Shown here piece by piece: positions 24,895 through 32,167 of a DNA stretch of 64,000 bases. Each line of letters starts with the position of its first letter. The first letter of the stretch is position 1. A program made the translations under genes and the position numbers. The notes below the pieces were generated by a model that saw only the letters and a program-made list of their open reading frames with translations, was not told the DNA's origin and made no database searches. Origin of the DNA: Oscillospiraceae bacterium (lineage in GTDB: Bacteria; Bacillota; Clostridia; Oscillospirales; Oscillospiraceae); contig JAGCAN010000001.1 of the NCBI GenBank assembly GCA_017652685.1, positions 17,311 through 81,310 on the forward strand. Direction: 5' to 3'.

Positions 24895-26283
24895 ATGGAC
24901 AGAGTCGGGAGACAATCCCCGACGGTGTCCGTTATTCTGCCTTATAAAGAGACAAAAGGCCCGGAGGCGATCGAGCTCTATAACAAGAGCGAGAAATCAG
25001 CACTTGAGTGGCAGGAAGCGCTCACATATGACATCATGGCCGTGGACGACGACGGCTTATGGGTCCACCAGAAATTCGGGTACAGTGTACCGCGACGCAA
25101 TGGCAAGTCGGAAATGGCCCTTGCGAGATGTATCTGGGGACTGAAGCACCAGGAGCGCATACTGTATACGGCACACAGGGCAAGCACAGCACATTCCATC
25201 TGGGAGCGGCTGGGCAGGCTGTGCGTCAAGTGTGGGATCAGGATCGTATCGTCTTTCCGCGCATTCGGCAAAGAGCATCTGTATACAGATGACGGTGGAG
25301 TGATCGAGTTCAGGACGAGGACGTCGACGGGCGGCCTCGGCGAAGGATTCGACCTGCTGATCATCGATGAGGCACAGGAGTACACGCCGGAGCAGGAGAC
25401 GGCGCTCAAGTACGTCGTTACCGACTCGGCAAACCCTCAGACGATCCTTTTCGGCACGCCACCGACGGCGATCAGCGCCGGAACAGTCTTCCCAAACCTG
25501 CGGAAGAACATTCTGCAGGACGATTCATATGCTTCCGGATGGGCCGAATGGTCTGTCCCGGAACAGTCAAATCCGCATGATGTTGACCTTTGGTATGAGA
25601 CCAATCCTTCGCTCGGATACATCCTTACAGAGCGCACGATCCGCTCAGAGATCGGCGACGATGTTGTGGATTTTAATATCCAGAGGCTGGGGTTATGGAT
25701 TAAGTACAATCAGCGCTCAGCGATCAGCCGGAATGAATGGGAAGCACTGCAGGCCGACACAATGCCAAAGCTCAAAGGCAAGCTGTTCGCCGGGATCAAG
25801 TTCGGATCCGACGGCCAGAATGTGGCACTTGCGGTTGCCGCACGAACCACAGACGGAAAGATCTTCTGTGAAGTTATCGGCTGCAGGCCAATGAGGACAG
25901 GAGTCCAGTGGATCACTGATTTCCTCGGGCATGCCGACATACGGAAGGCGGTCGTTGACGGAAAGGCCGGAACAGACGTCCTTATCGATGCGGCAAAAGA
26001 AGCAGGCGTGAAACGTCCTGACACGGTAACTGTTCCAGAGGTCATAAAAGCGAATACCATTTTTGATATTGGTATGGAGCAGGGAACATTCCAGCACATG
26101 GCCCAGTCGGCCGTGACGCAGGTGGTTACCAACTGTGACCGCAGAAAGATCGGGACAAGCGGGCTCGGCTACAAATCCATAAAAGATGGAGCCGATATCG
26201 TACTGCTTGACTGCATGATCCTGGCTTACTGGATCTGCTCGGAAACAAAGGCAGATAAGAAAAAACAACATGCAAGCTATTAA
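24895..26283 (+). CDS. terL: Terminase large subunit
   Basis: Walker A 'PRRNGKSE', Walker B 'DLLIIDEAQE', nuclease-half length. RBS aaggagga. Confidence 0.85.
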   Translation: MDRVGRQSPTVSVILPYKETKGPEAIELYNKSEKSALEWQEALTYDIMAVDDDGLWVHQKFGYSVPRRNGKSEMALARCIWGLKHQERILYTAHRASTAHSIWERLGRLCVKCGIRIVSSFRAFGKEHLYTDDGGVIEFRTRTSTGGLGEGFDLLIIDEAQEYTPEQETALKYVVTDSANPQTILFGTPPTAISAGTVFPNLRKNILQDDSYASGWAEWSVPEQSNPHDVDLWYETNPSLGYILTERTIRSEIGDDVVDFNIQRLGLWIKYNQRSAISRNEWEALQADTMPKLKGKLFAGIKFGSDGQNVALAVAARTTDGKIFCEVIGCRPMRTGVQWITDFLGHADIRKAVVDGKAGTDVLIDAAKEAGVKRPDTVTVPEVIKANTIFDIGMEQGTFQHMAQSAVTQVVTNCDRRKIGTSGLGYKSIKDGADIVLLDCMILAYWICSETKADKKKQHASY

Positions 26284-26286
26284 GGA

Positions 26287-26310
26287 GCACCGGAATACCG
26301 GTGCTTTTTT
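26287..26310 (+). terminator. Rho-independent terminator after terL
   Basis: GCACCGG-aata-CCGGTGC followed by TTTTTT. Confidence 0.7.
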
Positions 26311-26360
26311 AATACATCTTTTTACGGATACCAACCGGATAAATGGGAAAGGAATTAAAA

Positions 26361-26858
26361 ATGGCGGAATTTACACCTATCAACACACAGGAAGAGTTTG
26401 ACGCAGCGCTTAAGGAGCGCCTTAAGAGAGACAGGGAAGCCCAGGCGAAGAAATTCGAAGGATGGATTTCCCCGGACGATCAGCAGAAAAGAGTGAATGA
26501 ATACGAGAAGCAGATCAAGGCACTGCAGGATGCAGCGGCCGAGTCTGAGAAGACACTCGCCGAGAAAGACGCTGAGATCGCAAAAGGCGCGAAATACAGG
26601 ACCGACCTGGAAAAAACGAGGATCGCGCTTGCGGCAGGACTCAAGATTGACTACGCCGACAGGCTCCGCGGAGAAAATGCGGACGAGTGGAAGAAGGATG
26701 CGGAGATCCTCGCGAAGGACTTCGCTGTCAGCCACCGCACAGCTCCGATCGGGAGCGCTGAAGGCGTGAATACCAATGCAGCAAAACAGAGCAAACAGGC
26801 CAGTGAGCGTGACGCTCTGCGGTCTATGATTCAGGGCCTGGATGCTTCAGCAAAATAA
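26361..26858 (+). CDS. Scaffolding protein (DUF4355-like)
   Basis: 'MAEFTPINTQEEFDAALKERLKRDRE'. Charged helical protein directly upstream of the capsid gene. Confidence 0.65.
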   Translation: MAEFTPINTQEEFDAALKERLKRDREAQAKKFEGWISPDDQQKRVNEYEKQIKALQDAAAESEKTLAEKDAEIAKGAKYRTDLEKTRIALAAGLKIDYADRLRGENADEWKKDAEILAKDFAVSHRTAPIGSAEGVNTNAAKQSKQASERDALRSMIQGLDASAK

Positions 26859-26873
26859 AAGGAGGCCAAAATA

Positions 26874-27797
26874 ATGGCAGTTCTTAGTAAAGCAAATCTT
26901 TTTGATCCGATCCTTGTCAACAAGCTGATCGACGGCGTGAAGGGCAAGAGTGCTCTTGCACAGCTGTGTGCTCAGGAGCCGATCCCGTTCAACGGCCAGA
27001 AGGAGTTCGTTTTCACGATGGGCTCCGAGGCGGCGCTCGTCGCTGAGAACGGCGCGAAGTCCGCGGGTAATGTTGCGATCACTCCCGTCATTATGAACCC
27101 CGTCAAAATCGAGTACGGAGCTCGTGTCTCTGATGAGTTCATGTACGCTTCCGAGGAAGAGCGCATCGACATCCTCGCCAGCTTCAATGACGGCTTCATG
27201 AAGAAGGCGGCACGCGCTCTTGACATCATGGCGATCCACGGCATGAATCCCAGGACGGCGACCGTTTCCGATCTCCTGACTGGCAAGTATTTCGACGCAG
27301 GCGTTCAGGCGGCGTATGAAGGCTCCGGCGACGCTGATCAGCTGGTCGAAGCAGGTATCGCACTGGTCGGTGCCGGTGAGTATGACGTGACTGGCATCGC
27401 AATGGCTCCTGCGCTCCGCACCAAGCTGGCACAGCTGACCCTCGGCACCAACAACCAGCAGGCGCGCTATCCCGAGCTCGGATGGGGCAAGGCTCCCGGC
27501 GTGATCAACGGCCTGCCGGCAGCGGTCAACTCCACTGTGTCCTTCGGATCCAGCCCTGACCTCGGCATCGTCGGCGACTTCGAGGGTGCGTTCAAGTGGG
27601 GCTACTCCAAAGAGATCCCGCTCAAGGTCATCGAGTATGGCTGCCCGGACAACGACACGACCGCAGGAGACCTGCAGGGCCACAACCAGGTCTACATCCG
27701 TTGCGAGCTGTACCTTGGCTGGGGCATCCTGGACAAGGCGGCGTTCGCGCTGCTCCGCAGCGGTGCTGCCGGCGCTACGGGTGCGACAGGCGCCTAA
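26874..27797 (+). CDS. Major capsid protein with C-terminal GATGATG tag
   Basis: Strong RBS aaaggagg, position after the scaffold gene, about 300 aa. Ends in SGAAGATGATGA. Confidence 0.8.
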   Translation: MAVLSKANLFDPILVNKLIDGVKGKSALAQLCAQEPIPFNGQKEFVFTMGSEAALVAENGAKSAGNVAITPVIMNPVKIEYGARVSDEFMYASEEERIDILASFNDGFMKKAARALDIMAIHGMNPRTATVSDLLTGKYFDAGVQAAYEGSGDADQLVEAGIALVGAGEYDVTGIAMAPALRTKLAQLTLGTNNQQARYPELGWGKAPGVINGLPAAVNSTVSFGSSPDLGIVGDFEGAFKWGYSKEIPLKVIEYGCPDNDTTAGDLQGHNQVYIRCELYLGWGILDKAAFALLRSGAAGATGATGA

Positions 27798-27813
27798 GAT
27801 CATGAGGTAAACC

Positions 27814-28785
27814 ATGGGCAAAGTGTTATTCACAAGCCGGAGGCCGCTGGGCCGCTGTGAGAACATCACGGCGGTCTACAATGCCTATGACGGCGATAAG
27901 GATTTCATACAGTCGAGCTGGGGAAAAGACCAGGATCCGCGTATCCGGTCAGGCGAGTTCTCCGTCATGGTGGCGGACGATTTCGTATCATACTCACCGG
28001 GCAAGCTGATCATGATCACACACGGGGCCTCCGGAGGCAAGACCTACGGATTAACACAGCCCATGGGCTATCATAACCGCCGACAGGCGGAGCTGATCGA
28101 TTATGTGGTCAGCACGAGCGAGACCACAAGGCAGCTGGAGGCGGTCCAGCACGGAGTGCCAGTCTCAAAGGTGCTCCCGCTCGGAATGCCGCGGATGGAT
28201 GCCTATTTTGACAAAAAGAAGGGAGACGGCGGGACGCCGCTGGCAAGAAAGAGGGCATATCTGTATGTCCCGACATTCCGCCGGCCGCAGGATCCTCCAA
28301 TGCCGGTGATCAACTGGCGATACATCGACAGCCTCCTGACAGACGATGAGATACTCGTCGTCAAGAGGCACATGGTAACACGGATACCTCTGTTAAATGA
28401 CCAGTACAGGCATATCTTCGAGGCGTTGCCGAACGTCCCGTCTGCGCCGTACCTGATCGACAGCGACGTTGTAATCACAGACTACAGCTCCATACTCTTC
28501 GACGCGCATGTGCTCGGCAAGCCGCTCATTTTGCTCGAGAAGAACATCGGCTTCGTCCAAACGCGCCGCATGTCGTATCCGTACCCGGACGGCTACTCGT
28601 CAAGGTACGTGAACAGCGAGGAGGAGCTGGTCAACTACATGAGACATTCGGAAGGTCAGCAGGAGCTTGACCTTCTGTGTAAAGAGAGATGCTGCGGAGC
28701 CTGTGACGGGCACGCCACGGAGCGGGTCGTAGACCTGATAAGGAGAGTTGCGGATGAGGATCCTGATTGCAGTCCCCACGTTTGA
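27814..28785 (+). CDS. CDP-glycerol glycerophosphotransferase (TagB/TagF family)
   Basis: 'AYLYVPTFRR' and 'VITDYSSILFDAHVLGKPLILLEKN' family signatures. Confidence 0.8.
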   Translation: MGKVLFTSRRPLGRCENITAVYNAYDGDKDFIQSSWGKDQDPRIRSGEFSVMVADDFVSYSPGKLIMITHGASGGKTYGLTQPMGYHNRRQAELIDYVVSTSETTRQLEAVQHGVPVSKVLPLGMPRMDAYFDKKKGDGGTPLARKRAYLYVPTFRRPQDPPMPVINWRYIDSLLTDDEILVVKRHMVTRIPLLNDQYRHIFEALPNVPSAPYLIDSDVVITDYSSILFDAHVLGKPLILLEKNIGFVQTRRMSYPYPDGYSSRYVNSEEELVNYMRHSEGQQELDLLCKERCCGACDGHATERVVDLIRRVADEDPDCSPHV

Positions 28786-29398
28786 GAATATTTACCCTGA
28801 TACATACCAGTCGATCTGGGACCTCGACAAGGGGGGTCACACGGTCGACTTTTCTTTTGTCCGCGGTTATGACTGCGCTACGGCAAGAAACCGTATCGCC
28901 GACAAGGCCATGAAGGGCGGATACGACTATGTGCTCATGGTCGACAACGATGTGGTACTGCCGAAGACGATCCTCATCGATATGCTCGACGAGTCGGTGG
29001 ACGTATGCCTCGGGTATTACGCGCACCGGAACGAAAACAACCTCTACACAGGGCGTGTTTCGGCGTGCCGGCTTAAGGATGACAGGGGCATGGCGTATTA
29101 CAACTACCCTCTGGAATCTGAATATACGGCTGCAGAGATGCAGGCGATGCACGAGGCGGGCACAAAGAAAATACAGATCCATGGCGGCGGCATGGGCTGC
29201 GCGCTGATCAGGACGGAAGTCTTCAGGCGTCTCCGTTATCCCTGGTATGACTGGGTGAACTACGCAGACAACAACCGCGGGATGCTGTCAGAAGATCTGT
29301 ATTTTTGCGAGCAGTGCAAGCACGCGGGGATCCCGGTCTACACGGACGCCCGCGCTGGCAGCGGGCATATCCTCAGACATGTCCAGTGGCCGGAGTAA
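28754..29398 (+). CDS. GT-A-fold glycosyltransferase
   Basis: 'ILIAVPTFENIYPDT', 'YVLMVDNDVVLP' (DxD). RBS ggag 8 nt before the ATG at 28754. Confidence 0.7.
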   Translation: MRILIAVPTFENIYPDTYQSIWDLDKGGHTVDFSFVRGYDCATARNRIADKAMKGGYDYVLMVDNDVVLPKTILIDMLDESVDVCLGYYAHRNENNLYTGRVSACRLKDDRGMAYYNYPLESEYTAAEMQAMHEAGTKKIQIHGGGMGCALIRTEVFRRLRYPWYDWVNYADNNRGMLSEDLYFCEQCKHAGIPVYTDARAGSGHILRHVQWPE

Positions 29399-29408
29399 GG
29401 TGGACGAG

Positions 29409-29558
29409 ATGAAATACATTAACATAAAAACCGGCTCGATCCTTGAGACGCCTGCGGTGATCGTGAGCGAGAACTGGAAGGCAATTGAGGAGTCGAAACG
29501 GGAAGAAAAAGTTGCGCCGGCGCAAAAGCAGCAGCGGCAGAAGAGGACGAAAAAATGA
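29409..29558 (+). CDS. Small basic protein (49 aa, below ORF-track cutoff)
   Basis: RBS aaggtgg. Manual translation MKYINIKTGSILETPAVIVSENWK...QKRTKK. ATGA-coupled to the next gene. Confidence 0.4.
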   Translation: MKYINIKTGSILETPAVIVSENWKAIEESKREEKVAPAQKQQRQKRTKK

Positions 29559-29971
29559 GTGCATTTGTAACCACGGCTGAGCTTGAGGCCTATACGGGCG
29601 TCAGCTATACAGGCGCAGACATCGTACGCGTGGAGACTCTTCTGCCGCTTGTATCCGACCTTATCCGGAGCGAGGGTAAAAGAGTCGGCGTCAATGTGGA
29701 TGCAAAGATGGAGTCCGATGAGGCTTATGCGTCCGTTGTCAAGATGGTCACATGTGACGTTATGGTGCGCGTTATGCGCCAGTCTATGACGGGTGATCCT
29801 CTGACCCAGGAATCTCAGAGTGGGCTTGGCTACTCATGGTCGGGCACGTACACGATCCCAGGCGGAGGCGCAGCGATGTCACTGATGAACAATGAAAAGA
29901 AACTGCTCGGATTCCGCCGGCAGAGATATGGAGTGATGGAGCTATGGGAAGGCTGCACGGGATCACAGTGA
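29555..29971 (+). CDS. Head-tail connector (gp6-like)
   Basis: 'VTTAELEAYTGVSYTGADIVRVETLLPLVSDLI' is a typical connector N-terminus. Confidence 0.65.
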   Translation: MSAFVTTAELEAYTGVSYTGADIVRVETLLPLVSDLIRSEGKRVGVNVDAKMESDEAYASVVKMVTCDVMVRVMRQSMTGDPLTQESQSGLGYSWSGTYTIPGGGAAMSLMNNEKKLLGFRRQRYGVMELWEGCTGSQ

Positions 29972-30282
29972 CCTTGTACAACAAGGTCGAAACTGGTGTT
30001 GACGGTTTTAACCGTCCGGTATACGAAGATATACCCGAACAGGTCGAGAACGTGCTCGTGGGCAGTCCCTCGGCACAGGAAGTCATCGACACGCTCAATG
30101 TGACGGGGAAAAAGGCAGTCTATATTCTCGGCATCCCTAAGGGCGACACGCATGTGTGGACAGATCGGAAAGTCGAGATTAATGGCGAAGTTTTCCATAC
30201 GTTTTCGCGTCCCACAACAGGCATACAGGATCTTATCCCTCTTGACTGGGGGCAGAATGTGATGGTGGAGATCTATGAGTAA
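29944..30282 (+). CDS. Head closure / head-tail adaptor
   Basis: Position, and a 'TLYNKVETGVDGFNRPVYE' pattern. Confidence 0.5.
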   Translation: MGRLHGITVTLYNKVETGVDGFNRPVYEDIPEQVENVLVGSPSAQEVIDTLNVTGKKAVYILGIPKGDTHVWTDRKVEINGEVFHTFSRPTTGIQDLIPLDWGQNVMVEIYE

Positions 30283-30547
30283 GAATGTTGATTTCAAACT
30301 GAATATCTCAGGCCTGCGAGAACTCATGCAGTCTACTGAGATGCAGGCGGCCCTGCAGGAAGCCGGCGACGCTGTGGCAGCGGCTGCCGGTGACGAGTAT
30401 GATGTACGCGTCCATGTCGCAGATTTTGTAGCGATCGCGAACATCTATCCGAACAGCAAGCAGGCAGCGCAGGAAAACTACGAAAGCAACACTCTGCTCC
30501 ATGCGCTTGGCTCCGTCGGCCTCAATATGTCGAAGGGAGGCTCATGA
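30275..30547 (+). CDS. Neck protein (HK97 gp10-like?)
   Basis: Position only. Confidence 0.4.
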   Translation: MSKNVDFKLNISGLRELMQSTEMQAALQEAGDAVAAAAGDEYDVRVHVADFVAIANIYPNSKQAAQENYESNTLLHALGSVGLNMSKGGS

Positions 30548-30909
30548 TGCTGATTGAAAAGATCGTGCTCGATCACCTGCGCGAAAACCTCATGGTCCCT
30601 GTCTATATGGAAGTGCCGGAAATTCCGTCGGAATCACACGCAGTGATGCCGACGGAATTTGTTGTTATAGATAAGTTCGCCGGATCCGTCACCAACAAAG
30701 TGTGGTCGGCCTCGATCGCGATCCAGTCATACAGCTTAACGAGTATGTATGGAGCGGCGCTGCTTAATGATGCAGTGCATGAGGTCATGGACGAAATGGC
30801 GGATCATGTGCCTGAAATAAGCGGGTGCAAGATGACGGCGGACACGAATTTTACTGACGTACGCACTAAGCGGTACCGCTACCAGTGCACGTACAACATT
30901 TTCTACTAA
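30544..30909 (+). CDS. Tail terminator/completion-like protein
   Basis: Position directly upstream of the major tail gene. Confidence 0.4.
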   Translation: MMLIEKIVLDHLRENLMVPVYMEVPEIPSESHAVMPTEFVVIDKFAGSVTNKVWSASIAIQSYSLTSMYGAALLNDAVHEVMDEMADHVPEISGCKMTADTNFTDVRTKRYRYQCTYNIFY

Positions 30910-30923
30910 GGAGGGCAAGCGAT

Positions 30924-31517
30924 ATGTCTGGTGTAGCAACCAATGTCACTGCCGGCAAGCCTAAAACGAGTGGTGCTGTTTTTACTGCTCCGATCACGGC
31001 AACAATGCCGACAAACGCGACTGCGGACCTCAGTTCCGATTTCCAGGACATGGGGTTCCTCTCTGAGGACGGCTACTCTAAAAACGTGTCTATCTCCACA
31101 TCCACCATCAAGGAGTGGGGCGGACAGGTCGTGCTGGTCACCCAGGACGAGAAGAGTGCCACCTTTAAATTCAAAATGATCGAATACCTGCGCGACACTG
31201 TGCAGAAGTTTGTAAACGGCACTGCCAACGTGACCGGAAGCCTTGCGGAAGGCATGAGCGTGACCGTCAATGGCGACGAAGCTGAAGAACGCGCCCTGGT
31301 CATTGATCAGATCCTGCGCGGGAACGTCGCACATCGCCTTGTCGTGCCATGCTGCAAGATCACAGAGATGAGTGAGGTCGTTTACAAGATGAACGAAGCG
31401 GTGGGCTATGAAGTCACCGTGGCAGCCACTAAGGACGCATCCGGCAACTACTTCCACGAGTACTTCAAGGGTCCTACGGGAGCGACCGGTGCGACCGGTG
31501 AAGGTGGTGAAGGATGA
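30924..31517 (+). CDS. Major tail (tube) protein, phi13-like, with C-terminal GATGATG tag
   Basis: 'NVTAGKPKTSGAVFTAP...LSEDGYSKN...IKEWGGQVV'. RBS aaggaggg. Ends in GPTGATGATGEGGEG. Confidence 0.8.
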   Translation: MSGVATNVTAGKPKTSGAVFTAPITATMPTNATADLSSDFQDMGFLSEDGYSKNVSISTSTIKEWGGQVVLVTQDEKSATFKFKMIEYLRDTVQKFVNGTANVTGSLAEGMSVTVNGDEAEERALVIDQILRGNVAHRLVVPCCKITEMSEVVYKMNEAVGYEVTVAATKDASGNYFHEYFKGPTGATGATGEGGEG

Positions 31518-31792
31518 TCAGAGGGACGACTAAGACCGGGTTTGAGTTCGAACTGAATGATGACCTTTTTGATGATTTCGAACTCGTCGAGGCTTTTGCC
31601 AAATACAATAAGAACCCTCTTTTCCTCGGAGAACTCGCAGAGAGGCTCCTGGGCGCTGACCAGAAGGCGGCGCTCATGGAGTTCCTGCGCGGAGATGACG
31701 GCAAGATTAGAACCTCTGATATGATCAAGGCTCTCACAGATATTGAGGAGGCGATCCCCGCGGCAAAAAACTCCGGGCCCTCGCCGACATGA
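31514..31792 (+). CDS. Tail assembly chaperone (G-like)
   Basis: Position between the tail tube and tape measure genes. Slippery site near its 3' end. Confidence 0.7.
   Translation: MIRGTTKTGFEFELNDDLFDDFELVEAFAKYNKNPLFLGELAERLLGADQKAALMEFLRGDDGKIRTSDMIKALTDIEEAIPAAKNSGPSPT
31765..31771 (+). promoter_or_regulatory. Programmed -1 frameshift slippery heptamer A_AAA_AAC
   Basis: Zero-frame codons are gcA AAA AAC. The -1 frame is open through to the ATG of 31789-32163. Confidence 0.7.
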
Positions 31793-32163
31793 TGCAATAC
31801 CCCGACGAGCTCACCTGCGATATGGCTGAGACGTACGGGGTTTTTGACATTAAGAGGCTTCCGGCAAGACTTGCCGCGACGCTTGCTGTCGGTCTGAGGG
31901 ATACATCCAGGGTAAAGATGGCACTGACAGGAACCAAGGCATCAGATGAGGTTATGCTCCTCGCTGCGCTTGTGGATGCGCTGAAAAATCTGTGCTGGAA
32001 CCTGGCGGGAGCCGATGAGGAAAACAAACCAGTATCAATGGTCAAGTATTACCTGAACGGCAAAAAGCTTGATGAGCCTGAGCCGCAGGAAAAGAATTTT
32101 GAGGTTTTTGATTCTCCGGAAGATTTCCAGGCGAAATGGAAAAAACTGAAGGAGGGAGGTTGA
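31789..32163 (+). CDS. Tail assembly chaperone extension (T-like part of the G-T fusion)
   Basis: -1 frame relative to 31514-31792 and contiguous with the slippery site. Confidence 0.65.
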   Translation: MMQYPDELTCDMAETYGVFDIKRLPARLAATLAVGLRDTSRVKMALTGTKASDEVMLLAALVDALKNLCWNLAGADEENKPVSMVKYYLNGKKLDEPEPQEKNFEVFDSPEDFQAKWKKLKEGG

Positions 32164-32167
32164 TTTT

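Noticed and set aside
25367-25894. 175-aa + strand ORF in an alternative frame inside terL (and similar out-of-frame ORFs such as 639-878 and 27586-27810)
   Set aside because: They lie inside confidently assigned genes, are Arg/Ser-rich, and are typical off-frame readings of GC-rich coding sequence.
27759-27797. GATGATG tags as a DNA-level repeat or assembly artefact
   Set aside because: The two tags use different codons and different flanking residues. The similarity therefore exists only at the peptide level and is not a duplicated DNA segment.
26847-27869. Long antisense ORFs (340 aa at 26847-27869; also 41411-42316, 24069-24896, 5001-5750, 1657-2271, 40786-41427, 30906-31457)
   Set aside because: These are shadow ORFs on the strand opposite high-GC genes that have clear homology-type motifs. 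They show no RBS and have Arg/Ala/Pro-rich composition.
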